Shown here: in pieces, positions 21,475 to 30,551 of the stretch
Position numbering within the stretch: position 1 is the first letter of the stretch
Layout: every line of letters begins with the position of its first letter
DNA from: Candidatus Falkowbacteria bacterium
GTDB lineage: Bacteria > Patescibacteriota > Patescibacteriia > Patescibacteriales > UBA12465
Assembly: GCA_026396805.1 (NCBI GenBank)
Contig: JAPLVZ010000012.1
Coordinates: 8,127 to 72,126, forward strand
Direction of reading: 5' to 3'
DNA: 64,000 nucleotides
Translations under genes and position numbers: made by a program
The notes under the pieces: model-generated
What the model saw: only the letters and a program-made list of their open reading frames with translations
The model's database searches: none
Told to the model about the DNA's origin: nothing

Positions 21475-24400
21475 ATGCTTTCAGAATTACTGAAACAATT
21501 GAATAAGGAACAGCAAACAGCCGCGACTCACGATCAGGGGCCGCTTTTAATAGTCGCCGGCGCCGGTACGGGCAAGACCACGGTTCTGATAAACCGCTTG
21601 GCTTATCTGATAATGGAGAAGAAAATAAAAACTGACGAAATTCTGCTCCTGACTTTCACGGAAAAGGCGGCCGGGGAATTGGAAGAGAGAGCGGACAAGA
21701 TTTTGCCTTACGGCTATGTGGATTTATGGATTAATACTTTCCACGGGTTTTGTGAACGAGTACTAAGAGAATTCGGTTTGGATATCGGGCTTAATCCCGG
21801 TTTTAAACTCTTAAATTCGACCGAGCAATGGGTCTTAGTCAAGAAAAATTTAAATCGTTTCAATTTGGATTATTATCGGCCTCTCGGCAATCCGACTAAA
21901 TTTATTTCGGAGCTGTTGCGGCATTTTTCCCGCCTGAAGGATGAAAATATTTCTGCCGCGGAGTATTTGAAGTATGCGGAAGAGTTGGAGTCTGATCAGG
22001 ACGCCAGATTGAGCGGGAAAAAAATAGGTAAAAAAGTGCTGGTCCTGCCAAAAAAGAAGCCAGTGGCGGCTAAAACGGCCGGCGAAGAAGATGACGACGG
22101 CGAAGAATTGGAAATCGGACGCATTCGAGAATTGGCCGACGCTTATCATACTTATAATCAATTATTGTTGGAGAATAATTTTTTGGATTTCGGCGATTTG
22201 ATCGTTTATGTCCTTAAATTATTCAAAGAGCGGTCAAATATTCTGAAATTTTATCGCGCGAAATTTAAATATATCATGGTGGACGAGTTTCAGGATACGA
22301 ATTGGGCGCAATATGAGTTAGTGAAGATGCTGGCCGCGCCGAAAAATAATTTGGTGGTTGTGGGCGATGATGATCAGTGTCTGCCGGGCGATGCTTTAGT
22401 TTTGACTAAAACCGGACAGAAAAAAATTAAAGACATCAAGACGGGCGATGAAGTGGCGACGGCCGTCGGAAAAGGAAGTTTGAGTTATAGTCGGGTCGGG
22501 CATGTTAATAAAACAAAAAAAATCGCGTTGTTATTATCATTCGTTACTAAATCCGGCAAAAAAATAACAGCGACCGATAATCATAAAATGTTCTGTTTCA
22601 TGCCCAGAATCTCCGGTAAGGAATATTTTTATGTTTATCTGATGTTCAAACAGGAATTAGGCTGGCGTTTGGGCATGACTAATGATTTGGCGCTGCGCTT
22701 AAGGCTGGAAAGGTCGGCTGATAATATTATCGCCGTTGGCTGTTATCAAACTATGGCCGAAGCGCGCTATCAGGAAGTATTATTATCTTTGAAATATGGC
22801 ATCCCCACGGTTTGTTTTCAGGAGAGAGACGGTATAATGGATAAAAAGATTTGGAGTTCCAAATTATATAAAGAATTGGATGTGGCGGCCGGTATTCATC
22901 GTTTAGCCCAAGATTTGAATATTGATTTAGAAGCCTCACCCTATTGTTTGGAAGCGGTCAATCGCGGGAACAAATTGCGGATAAAAATCCATTTGGAAAT
23001 GTGTTATCGGAAATATCATTCCAAGGTCGCCAAGAACGGTTTTCTTATTAATCCCGCCGTGGCACATTTATTATCAATCGACACTAGCGATCAACTGACG
23101 ATTCTTAAATTAGAGAAGATGGGTTTTAAAATCAATCCCAGCCAAACCGGTCGGAGATTGCGTTTGACCAGTCCGGATTTAAGCTATTTAGGAAAAATAG
23201 CGCGCCAGGTTCAAAAAGAAATCGGCGGATTCATAGAGCCGCAGATGAAAATTGGCAAGGTTAAAGAAAAATTTTTAAAATCTATAATCGTCCCGGCTAA
23301 AAATATTTTTCCCGGCATGTATTTGCCGATTGTGACGGATGGGGGCGTTATTTATGATCAGATTGTCAGCCGTCAAGAAAACAGGCGAACAGGTTACGTT
23401 TATGATTTAGAAGTTAATCGGACTCATAATTTTGTGGCCAACGGCATCTTAGTCCACAATTCTATTTATAAATTTCGCGGCGCTTCGCTTTCTAATATTA
23501 TGCAGTTCAAGGATGATTATCCGAAAGCCGAAGAGATTATTCTGACGGCCAATTATCGTTCGCGCCAAGCGATTTTAGACTATGCTTATCGCTTTATTCA
23601 AAACAATAATCCCAATCGTCTGGAAACCAGATTAAAGATCGATAAGAAACTTGTCGCTCAAGGCGAGATCAATAAAATTAAATCCGCGGGGCCGGCCGTG
23701 AAGTTTTTGAATTTTGAATCGGCTCATGACGAGCTGTCATACGTCGCGCGGCGGACAGTCGAACTTCATGAAACGGATAACGGTCAAGGGGCGAGCACGG
23801 GAGAAACTAATTGGTCGGATTTCGCGATTCTCGTGCGCGCGAACGATACGGCCGAAGCTTACGTTAAGGAATTGAGCCGTCAAAATATTCCCAACCAATT
23901 TATGTCTTGGCGCGGACTTTATTATAAGCCAATTATTTTAGATATCTTAGCTTTTTTCAGGTTACTGGATAATTATCATGAATCCGCCGCGCTTTTTCGC
24001 GTTTTGAATATGGAAATATTTAAAGTGGCGCACCTTGATCTCGTGAATATCAATAAAACGGCGGTGCGCAAAGTTTGGTCTTTGTATGAAGCTTTAAAAA
24101 ATATCAACGCGATTTCCGGCGTCAGCCCCGAGAGTGTCAAGAATATCAATAAGCTTTTGGCGCTGGTTGAAGAGTTTTCAAAAATGGCGGCGACAGCCAA
24201 ACCGACTAAGATTTTTTTGCGCTTCGCTTACGATTCCGGGCTGCTCGTCGGGCTAGATCATGACCGGGACCTGGAATTATTTTCATTTTTAAACCAGCTT
24301 TATCAGAAGATAAAGACCATGGAAGAAACCGAACCGGATTTGCGCTTGGGAGAATTTCTTTCGGCGATAAATATGGAGCTGGAAGCGGGTGAAACCGGTT

Positions 24401-25656
24401 CTTTAAAACTGGATTTCGCCGACAGTGACGCGGTTAAAATTATGACGGTCCATGGCGCCAAAGGCCTGGAGTTTAAATACGTTTTTATTGTTAACCTGGT
24501 GGATAAGAAATTCCCGACCGTCGCCCGCAGCGAAAAAATTTCTATTCCCGACGCTTTGGTTCGCGAAAAATTGGCGGAAGCGTCAGACGCGCATCTGGAA
24601 GAAGAACGCCGATTGTTCTATGTGGCGGCGACGCGCGCTAAAGCTGAATTATATCTGACCGGTGCCAAAGACTACGGCGGAGCGCGTGAGAAGAAGCCGT
24701 CGCGCTTTATTGCCGAGATGGGACTCACGAGTGCCATCGGGCCGGAACTGGCGCTAAGCGAGAAAAACGAATTTTTGCGCGATTTGCATTATCTTAACGC
24801 CCGCGAACTGGCGCCGCTTGAAAAAAGCGCGGCGGAAAAATATCCGCTCCCGGATAAATTTTCTTTTTCGCAATTGGCGGCCTATTCAATTTGTCCGCTC
24901 CAGTATAAATACGCTTTCATTTTAAAAATTCCCGCCTCCACCGATAAGGCCTCGCTCATTTTCGGACGGGTGCTCCATAATACTTTATATAATTTCTTAC
25001 TCCCCTTCTTAAGCGAGCGAAAAATACTACAAGGTGATTTGTTCGCCGGATCGGAGGCATCCGCCGGTAAAAACGCGTCGGGAAAAACTGGAGCCAATCT
25101 TCTAAGCGAAGCGAGATTAATGGAATTATACGCGGAGTTCTGGCGGGCGGACGGTTACGCCTCCAAAGAAGAGCGGGAGAAATATAAGATTAAGGGCCGT
25201 GACGCTTTGAAAAAATTCTTGTCTGCTTATCAAGTGGCGTCGAGCAAGACGGAAATATTATTTTTGGAGAAGAAATTTTCTTTTAAGATCGGCAGTGACG
25301 TCATTAAAGGAGCGATTGACCGCGTTGATAAGCTCGGTGATGGAACTTTAGAGGTTATAGATTATAAAACCGGAAAGAATCGGGCGAAATTGGAGTTTAA
25401 GGATAAGCGCCAATTAATCCTGTATCAATTGTTTCTGGAAGAATTTTTGGGAGTTAAAGTCAGCGCCTTGAGTTATTATTATTTGGAGAGCGGCGAAAAG
25501 ATTTCGTTTATGGCGACGGCTAAAGATATCACTAAATTGCGCGTCAGTGTCATTGAGGAAATCGCGGCTATTAAGAAACGGGATTTTACACCGACGCCCT
25601 CGCCAATGTGTCAGTTCTGCGATTTTAATTCAATTTGTGAGTTTAGAGAGGTTTAA
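21475..25656 (+). CDS. UvrD/PcrA-type SF1 helicase fused to a C-terminal PD-(D/E)XK nuclease with Fe-S cysteines (AddB/Cas4-like), interrupted by an intein
   Basis: 1393 aa. Motifs are AGAGTGKTTV (Walker A), MVDEFQDTN, VVGDDDQ|SIYKFRGAS (motif III split by the intein), the nuclease motif IDRVD...EVIDYKTGK, and Cys ligands C...CQFCDFNSIC. Confidence 0.9.
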   Translation: MLSELLKQLNKEQQTAATHDQGPLLIVAGAGTGKTTVLINRLAYLIMEKKIKTDEILLLTFTEKAAGELEERADKILPYGYVDLWINTFHGFCERVLREFGLDIGLNPGFKLLNSTEQWVLVKKNLNRFNLDYYRPLGNPTKFISELLRHFSRLKDENISAAEYLKYAEELESDQDARLSGKKIGKKVLVLPKKKPVAAKTAGEEDDDGEELEIGRIRELADAYHTYNQLLLENNFLDFGDLIVYVLKLFKERSNILKFYRAKFKYIMVDEFQDTNWAQYELVKMLAAPKNNLVVVGDDDQCLPGDALVLTKTGQKKIKDIKTGDEVATAVGKGSLSYSRVGHVNKTKKIALLLSFVTKSGKKITATDNHKMFCFMPRISGKEYFYVYLMFKQELGWRLGMTNDLALRLRLERSADNIIAVGCYQTMAEARYQEVLLSLKYGIPTVCFQERDGIMDKKIWSSKLYKELDVAAGIHRLAQDLNIDLEASPYCLEAVNRGNKLRIKIHLEMCYRKYHSKVAKNGFLINPAVAHLLSIDTSDQLTILKLEKMGFKINPSQTGRRLRLTSPDLSYLGKIARQVQKEIGGFIEPQMKIGKVKEKFLKSIIVPAKNIFPGMYLPIVTDGGVIYDQIVSRQENRRTGYVYDLEVNRTHNFVANGILVHNSIYKFRGASLSNIMQFKDDYPKAEEIILTANYRSRQAILDYAYRFIQNNNPNRLETRLKIDKKLVAQGEINKIKSAGPAVKFLNFESAHDELSYVARRTVELHETDNGQGASTGETNWSDFAILVRANDTAEAYVKELSRQNIPNQFMSWRGLYYKPIILDILAFFRLLDNYHESAALFRVLNMEIFKVAHLDLVNINKTAVRKVWSLYEALKNINAISGVSPESVKNINKLLALVEEFSKMAATAKPTKIFLRFAYDSGLLVGLDHDRDLELFSFLNQLYQKIKTMEETEPDLRLGEFLSAINMELEAGETGSLKLDFADSDAVKIMTVHGAKGLEFKYVFIVNLVDKKFPTVARSEKISIPDALVREKLAEASDAHLEEERRLFYVAATRAKAELYLTGAKDYGGAREKKPSRFIAEMGLTSAIGPELALSEKNEFLRDLHYLNARELAPLEKSAAEKYPLPDKFSFSQLAAYSICPLQYKYAFILKIPASTDKASLIFGRVLHNTLYNFLLPFLSERKILQGDLFAGSEASAGKNASGKTGANLLSEARLMELYAEFWRADGYASKEEREKYKIKGRDALKKFLSAYQVASSKTEILFLEKKFSFKIGSDVIKGAIDRVDKLGDGTLEVIDYKTGKNRAKLEFKDKRQLILYQLFLEEFLGVKVSALSYYYLESGEKISFMATAKDITKLRVSVIEEIAAIKKRDFTPTPSPMCQFCDFNSICEFREV
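22378..23460 (+). mobile_element. Helicase intein (361 aa) without an obvious LAGLIDADG pair
   Basis: CLPGDALVLT at the N-terminus, block B TDNHKMF, and C-terminal VYDLEVNRTHNFVANGILVHN followed by Ser+1. Both junctions are in frame with 21475. Confidence 0.85.
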
Positions 25657-25712
25657 GAAAGAAAAGCTTAATACGAGTTTAAGATTTAATTCAAAATTTA
25701 AAATTTAATCAT

Positions 25713-26735
25713 ATGTCTAATACTACCGACCGTTTAATCAGTCCGATAGAACGCCAAGGCGATGAGGCGCTTGATTTATCGTTGCGTCCGAAGTCTTTAA
25801 AGGAATATGTCGGTCAAGCTAAAATCAAAGAGAATCTGGAAATAATGATCGCGGCCGCGAAAAAACGCGGTGAGCCGATTGAGCATATTTTATTATACGG
25901 CGCTCCGGGATTGGGTAAGACGACTCTGGCGCATGTCATCGCTAATGAAACTGGCGCCAACATTCGCGTCACGTCCGGACCGGCGATTGAGAAAAGCGGC
26001 GACTTGGCGGCGATTCTGACTAATCTGGAAGCGGGCGATATTTTATTCATTGATGAAATCCATCGTTTGCCGAAAACGGTTGAAGAAATCTTATATCCGG
26101 CCATGGAAGATTACGCTCTTGATATTATTATGGGCAAGGGGCCGAGCGCGCGGACGCTGCGTTTGGACCTACCGAAATTTACGATCATCGGCGCGACGAC
26201 TCTGGCCAGTTTATTATCCGCGCCGCTGCGGGATCGTTTCGGCGTCACGCATCACCTTAATTTTTATGAAAATAGCGACCTGGAAAAAATTATCGGCCGC
26301 AGCGCCGGAATCCTAAGTATTGATATGGACGCCGACGCCCGGAAAGAAATCGCCCAGCGCAGCCGACGGACGCCGCGCATCGCTAATCGTTTATTAAAAC
26401 GGGTACGTGATTATTGTGAGGTGAAAGGCGACGGCCGAGTGGCGCTAAAAGATAGCCTGGAAGCTTTCAAGATGCTGGAAATAGACGAACTCGGGCTTGA
26501 TTTAATTGACCGCCGGATTTTGGAAACGATTATCGATAAATTCAAAGGCGGCCCGGTCGGATTGAATACACTCTCCGCGGCCAGCGGCGAAGAAATGGAG
26601 ACGATTGAAAATATTTATGAGCCATATCTCATGCAACTCGGATTTTTAGACCGTTCGCCGCGCGGACGGGTCGTAACGGCGCTCGGTTATCAGCATTTGG
26701 GTTTGAAAGGACCGGGGACGGATAAGTTGATATAA
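25713..26735 (+). CDS. ruvB: Holliday junction branch-migration helicase RuvB
   Basis: 340 aa with [19 protein letters not shown] and [10 protein letters not shown] motifs. Confidence 0.95.
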   Translation: MSNTTDRLISPIERQGDEALDLSLRPKSLKEYVGQAKIKENLEIMIAAAKKRGEPIEHILLYGAPGLGKTTLAHVIANETGANIRVTSGPAIEKSGDLAAILTNLEAGDILFIDEIHRLPKTVEEILYPAMEDYALDIIMGKGPSARTLRLDLPKFTIIGATTLASLLSAPLRDRFGVTHHLNFYENSDLEKIIGRSAGILSIDMDADARKEIAQRSRRTPRIANRLLKRVRDYCEVKGDGRVALKDSLEAFKMLEIDELGLDLIDRRILETIIDKFKGGPVGLNTLSAASGEEMETIENIYEPYLMQLGFLDRSPRGRVVTALGYQHLGLKGPGTDKLI

Positions 26736-26875
26736 AGGGGAATTAATATAATCCGGTTGAGTTTTTATGGAAAATTATAAAATAATCTTGGGGATAGTTG
26801 TTTACTATTTTTTATTTGACTAAGATTAATAAAAGTGCTTTAATATTAGAGGAATATACATAAATAAATATCCAT

Positions 26876-27745
26876 ATGAGTAAGAAAAAAGTATTGGTCG
26901 GTTTTATCGGCCAGGGTTTTATCGGCAAGAATATGGCCGATGATTTTGAAGCCCGGGGTTATAAGATTATCCGTTACAGCGATAAAAATTACGCCGCCAA
27001 TAAAGACTTGATCAAAACGTGCGATTTCGTCTTTATCGCCGTGCCGACGCCAAGCACGCCGCACGGTTTTGATGATAGCATCCTTTGGGAAGTGATTAAG
27101 CTGGTCGGCGACGGAAAGACCGCGATCATCAAATCAACGATCAAGATAGGCACGACGGAAAAAATTCAGCGCCAGTACCCGAAGAAATACATCCTGCATT
27201 CGCCGGAATTCTTGACGGAAAAGAACGCTGTCTACGATACTAAATTTCCCGTCCGTAACATTATCGGTTATACGGATCAATCCAAGCCCAAGGCCGCGGC
27301 GGTCTTAAAATTATTACCGAGTGCGCCCCATAATTTTTTGGTCGGGAGCCGGGAAGCGGAACTGGTCAAGTATATGGGCAATAATTTCCTTTTTTTGAAA
27401 GTCATCTTCGCCAATATCGTTTATAATCTGGCCAGGCGGAAGAAAATAGATTATGGCATTGTCGCCGATATCGTCGGTCATGATTCCCGTATCGGATTCA
27501 GCCATTTGGCTATCGCCCATCAGAGCGGGCTGCAAAGTAAGATAGGCCGAGGCGCGGGCGGACATTGTTTTATCAAGGATATGTCGACTTTCGTAGAAAT
27601 GTTTAAGGAAGAGCCGCTTAAAAGCCAGGAGGATAAAATTGCTTTAGAATTCCTCAATCAGACCGTGAAGCTCAATAATCAACTGCTCGTAGATACCGGC
27701 AAAGACCTGGATTTACTCCGGGGAGTTTATAAAATAAAGAAATAA
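26876..27745 (+). CDS. Short UDP-glucose/GDP-mannose dehydrogenase-family protein
   Basis: Rossmann motif [12 protein letters not shown] and a catalytic-Cys-like GGHCFIKD. At 289 aa it lacks the usual C-terminal nucleotide-sugar-binding domain. Confidence 0.6.
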   Translation: MSKKKVLVGFIGQGFIGKNMADDFEARGYKIIRYSDKNYAANKDLIKTCDFVFIAVPTPSTPHGFDDSILWEVIKLVGDGKTAIIKSTIKIGTTEKIQRQYPKKYILHSPEFLTEKNAVYDTKFPVRNIIGYTDQSKPKAAAVLKLLPSAPHNFLVGSREAELVKYMGNNFLFLKVIFANIVYNLARRKKIDYGIVADIVGHDSRIGFSHLAIAHQSGLQSKIGRGAGGHCFIKDMSTFVEMFKEEPLKSQEDKIALEFLNQTVKLNNQLLVDTGKDLDLLRGVYKIKK

Positions 27746-27749
27746 AGCT

Positions 27750-28706
27750 ATGAAGATTCTGATTACCGGCGGCGCCGGATTTATCGGCTCGCATCTCTGT
27801 AAACGGCTCCTGGAAGAAGGAAATGAAGTAATCTGCCTGGATAATTTTTTTACCGGCGACGAGGCCAATATCCGGCCGCTTTTGAAAAATCCGAAATTTG
27901 AACTGCGGCGGCATGATATCACTTCCCCTTTAAACATAGAAGTTGATCAAATTTACAATTTAGCCTGCCCGGCTTCGCCCATCCATTATCAATTTGATCC
28001 GGTCCAGACTACAAAAACCTCTGTTTATGGCGCTATTAATGTCCTGGATTTGGCGAAAAGAACCAAGGCGACGATACTTCAGGCTTCTACTTCCGAAGTT
28101 TACGGCGACCCCGAAGTCCATCCTCAACCGGAAACTTATTGGGGCAAGGTCAATTGCATCGGAATCAGATCTTGTTACGATGAGGGGAAACGTTGCGCCG
28201 AGACTTTGTTTTTTGATTATTATCGTCAATACAAAACTGATATCCGGGTGATACGGATTTTTAACACTTACGGACCGAATATGCACCCCGGTGACGGCCG
28301 CGTTGTTTCTAATTTTATCGTTCAGGCCTTGAAAAATAAAGATATCACGATTTACGGCGACGGTTCGCAGACCCGCAGTTTTCAATATATTGATGATCTT
28401 ATTGAGGGGATGATTAGGATGATGAATAATCAGGAGAAATTTATCGGTCCGATTAATCTCGGCAATCCGGAAGAGTTTACCATTAAGGAACTGGCAGAAA
28501 CGGTTTTGCGGCTGATTCCGGAGAGTAAGAGTCGGATAATCTACAAAGATTTACCGGCTGATGACCCGCGGCAGAGAAAGCCGGATATAACCCTGGCTAA
28601 GACGAAACTGGGCTGGGAACCGAAAATAAGGCTTGAAGAGGGGCTGAAAAAGACGATTGAATATTTTAGGAAGGGAGTGAAGTGTCCGAAAAAATCGGAC
28701 AGTTGA
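27750..28706 (+). CDS. UDP-glucuronate decarboxylase (UDP-xylose synthase)-like extended SDR
   Basis: GGAGFIGSH and YDEGKRCAE (YxxxK) motifs, with strong overall resemblance to UXS. The last ~11 codons come from repeat R1. Confidence 0.85.
   Translation: MKILITGGAGFIGSHLCKRLLEEGNEVICLDNFFTGDEANIRPLLKNPKFELRRHDITSPLNIEVDQIYNLACPASPIHYQFDPVQTTKTSVYGAINVLDLAKRTKATILQASTSEVYGDPEVHPQPETYWGKVNCIGIRSCYDEGKRCAETLFFDYYRQYKTDIRVIRIFNTYGPNMHPGDGRVVSNFIVQALKNKDITIYGDGSQTRSFQYIDDLIEGMIRMMNNQEKFIGPINLGNPEEFTIKELAETVLRLIPESKSRIIYKDLPADDPRQRKPDITLAKTKLGWEPKIRLEEGLKKTIEYFRKGVKCPKKSDS
28683..28701. repeat. Hairpin D (Bro-type): tgtccga aaaaa tcggaca
   Basis: Perfect 7-bp arms. It covers the last codons of the UXS gene. 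It is homologous in position to hairpin C in R2, but with different, compensating arm bases. Confidence 0.8.
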
Positions 28707-28744
28707 AAATGTTGGCTCAAGACGGAAAAACGCGTGAAACTCAT

Positions 28745-28772
28745 AAAAAAAGGCGGCTAGGGCCGTCTTTTT
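28745..28772 (+). terminator. Rho-independent terminator inside R1
   Basis: aaaaaggcggc / gccgtcttttt stem (one G-T pair) followed by a T-run. Confidence 0.7.
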
Positions 28773-28824
28773 GGATAGAGGAAAAGGGGGCGCTATTATT
28801 TATCATTAGCTAGAAATTTCGGTT

Positions 28825-28841
28825 GGTTACAATTTGTAACC
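28825..28841. repeat. Hairpin F: ggttacaa t ttgtaacc
   Basis: Perfect 8-bp arms with the same acaatttgt core as the Bro-type hairpins. It is intergenic, 8 nt from the RhuM stop. Confidence 0.75.
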
Positions 28842-28848
28842 GTTTCTA

Positions 28849-29793
28849 TTACTTTTTTAATCTTTTTTGATTATACTTCGCCAATTCTAATCTAACTTTC
28901 TCCTCCATATCGTCACGAGACACGGCGCCGGCGTTATTTAATACTTTTTCCTTATTAAAGATTAGAAACTCGTTCAATTCATTAACCCAATCTCTCATAT
29001 ACATTAATCTTTCTTTAACGCTTTGCAGTTCGGCAAAAGACAAGAATTGCTCTACCAGTAAATTCAGTCTCTTAAGCTCCAATTCTTCCAGATAATTTTT
29101 AGCGATTTCCGCCTGTTCGCGAGTAATAATTTCCCCTGGCCAATTAGTTAAACCGAGGTTTTCCTTAGAGCTGTCTATCCGACTGTTAACTATCTCCGCG
29201 TCCGTCAGTCCGCTGATGGCATAATGGAATTTATTCTGCACCATCGCAAAAAATTTCTGGGCGTAATCGGTTTTAGGGCTATAATCAACGCTAAGGGCAA
29301 AAATGTCTCTGACTTTTTGATAGAAATTAGCCTCCGAGGTTCTTATCTTTCGGATTCGCTCTTTCAATTCCTGAAAGTATGATTTGGCGACCTTACCGCC
29401 GGCTAATCGCTCATCGTCCATCACGAACCACTTGATAATATACTCTTTTAGCTTTTGAGTCGCCCAGATGCGGAATTGCGTGCCGCGGAGGGAATTAATC
29501 CGATATCCGACCGAGATAATCGCGTCTAGGTTATATAAATTTACGGGTCTTTTCACCTCCTTATTTCCTTCTTTTTGAACTATCAAGTATTCCTTGATAG
29601 TTTGGTTTTCGCTAAGTTCAGCCTCATTAAACACATTTTTTAAATGTAGATTAATATTAGCGACGCCGCAATTGAATAACTCTGCCATTTGAACCTGACT
29701 TAACCAAACAGTCTCATTTTCAAGCTTAACTTCCAGTTTCATCTTCCCGTCTTCCGTGCTGTAAATAATGATTTGATTGTTTTTGTCATTCAT
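28849..29793 (-). CDS. RhuM-family protein (full length)
   Basis: 314 aa. The family-typical blocks WLSQVQMAELF, YNLDAIISVGYRINSLRGTQFRIWATQKL and DDERLAGG are present. ggaggcgga (SD) lies upstream of the ATG. Confidence 0.85.
   Translation of the reverse strand: MNDKNNQIIIYSTEDGKMKLEVKLENETVWLSQVQMAELFNCGVANINLHLKNVFNEAELSENQTIKEYLIVQKEGNKEVKRPVNLYNLDAIISVGYRINSLRGTQFRIWATQKLKEYIIKWFVMDDERLAGGKVAKSYFQELKERIRKIRTSEANFYQKVRDIFALSVDYSPKTDYAQKFFAMVQNKFHYAISGLTDAEIVNSRIDSSKENLGLTNWPGEIITREQAEIAKNYLEELELKRLNLLVEQFLSFAELQSVKERLMYMRDWVNELNEFLIFNKEKVLNNAGAVSRDDMEEKVRLELAKYNQKRLKK
29578..29602. repeat. Intragenic hairpin in RhuM copy 1: aactatcaag (5-nt loop) cttgatagtt
   Basis: Perfect 10-bp arms. 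The frame was checked against the ORF, and it encodes TIKEYLIV. Confidence 0.9.
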
Positions 29794-29943
29794 AAGATTT
29801 GCTCCGCCTCCGCTTATTGGCGGCCACGCGGATTAAAATTAATTATTATATTATTCAGCTTAGCAAAACAGCGATAAAGCCAAGTTAAATAAAAAATAAA
29901 GGATTTTTTTATTTGACGCCGGAGACGGAAGTGAAGTGGTCAC

Positions 29944-29968
29944 AAACCGTGACAATTTGTCACGGTTT
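29944..29968. repeat. Hairpin E (Bro-type): aaaccgtgacaa t ttgtcacggttt
   Basis: Perfect 12-bp arms. In one frame it reads QTVTICHGF, which parallels QLSTICRQL of the Bro-N-like genes. Confidence 0.85.
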
Positions 29969-29985
29969 CGTTAAGGAAGTGAGTC

Positions 29986-30002
29986 TGTCACAAAATGTGA
30001 CA
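29986..30002. repeat. Hairpin C (Bro-type): tgtcaca aaa tgtgaca
   Basis: Perfect 7-bp arms. Relative to hairpin D, two arm positions changed on both sides and pairing is kept (cg/cg becomes ac/gt). Confidence 0.8.
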
Positions 30003-30044
30003 AACTGGAGATGTTGGCTCAAGACGGGAAAATGCGTGAAACTT

Positions 30045-30074
30045 ATAAAAAAGACGGCCAGAGCCGTCTTTTTG
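30045..30074 (+). terminator. Rho-independent terminator inside R2
   Basis: aaaaaagacggc / gccgtcttttt perfect stem followed by a T-run. The G-T pair of R1 is an A-T pair here. Confidence 0.7.
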
Positions 30075-30174
30075 AATAGGGGGAAAGGGAACGCTATTAC
30101 CGTCTTTTAGAAACGCTTTTTATCAGTCCGATGACTCCTCTCCACGCTTAGTTTATATTCATCTATTCTCTTTA

Positions 30175-30372
30175 CAAAATGTGTTTAATGAGGCTGAGCT
30201 TAGCGAAAACCGAACTATTCGGAAATTCCGAATAACTGCCGCTGACGGAAAAACATATGATACTAATCTTTATAATCTTGACGTAATTATTTCCGTGGGT
30301 TACCGAGTTAACTCTCTCCGTGGCACTCAATTCCGTATTTAGGCAACCCAGAAGCTAAAAGAATAAATAATA
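30175..30372 (+). pseudogene. RhuM relic (internal fragment with two nonsense codons)
   Basis: Translates QNVFNEAELSENRTIRKFRITAADGKTYDTNLYNLDVIISVGYRVNSLRGTQFRI*ATQKLKE*IIK. TGG became TAG at 30340-30342 and TAT became TAA at 30364-30366, relative to the intact copy. Confidence 0.75.
30216..30234. repeat. Hairpin in the RhuM relic: tattcgga aat tccgaata
   Basis: Perfect 8-bp arms at the same codon position as in the other RhuM copies. It encodes IRKFRI. Confidence 0.85.
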
Positions 30373-30446
30373 AAATTTTATAGAACTTATCCAATTGTCG
30401 CGACACTGTCACGACAATTAAGCTAGTCACATTATGTTGAGTTAAT
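30373..30446 (+). pseudogene. DUF1016/YhcG relic fused in frame to the RhuM relic
   Basis: Reads FYRTYPIVATLSRQLS*SHYVELIEL, compared with FYRAYPIVQTVSAQLSWSHYVELIEL in the intact gene 500 bp downstream. Confidence 0.7.
30392..30420. repeat. Hairpin in the DUF1016 relic: caattgtcgcgaca c tgtcacgacaatta
   Basis: 12 of 14 arm positions pair. Three arm bases differ from the intact copy on each side, and two of the three pairs are restored. Confidence 0.8.
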
Positions 30447-30447
30447 T

Positions 30448-30482
30448 GAGCTCCTTTGTGAAGAGAGAGGGGGCTCTTTTTT
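30448..30482 (+). terminator. Rho-independent terminator
   Basis: gagctcc (30448-30454) pairs with ggggctc (30470-30476), followed by T6. Confidence 0.6.
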
Positions 30483-30551
30483 GTATGGAAAAGCAGTTTG
30501 TCCGATGTTTTCACGTCAGAAAAAGTCTTTATCTTTTCTTCATATCCGGTT

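Larger units (their letters stand above)
28667..28800 (+). repeat. Repeat R1 (~130 bp): variable hairpin, ~45-nt spacer, then terminator hairpin
   Basis: Roughly 80% identical by eye to 29972-30101. The core atgttggctcaagacgg is identical. The part from the hairpin to cgtgaaac also resembles the Bro-N-like genes at 55.65 and 56.4 kb. Confidence 0.8.
29972..30101 (+). repeat. Repeat R2 (direct copy of R1)
   Basis: See R1. Together the two copies bracket hairpin F, the RhuM gene and hairpin E. Confidence 0.8.

Noticed and set aside
29913-30110. 65-aa ORF (TTG start) between RhuM and the relic region
   Set aside because: It is assembled entirely from hairpin E, hairpin C, repeat R2 and its terminator. 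It has no SD, and its apparent Bro-like peptide similarity is explained by the relic and hairpin content.
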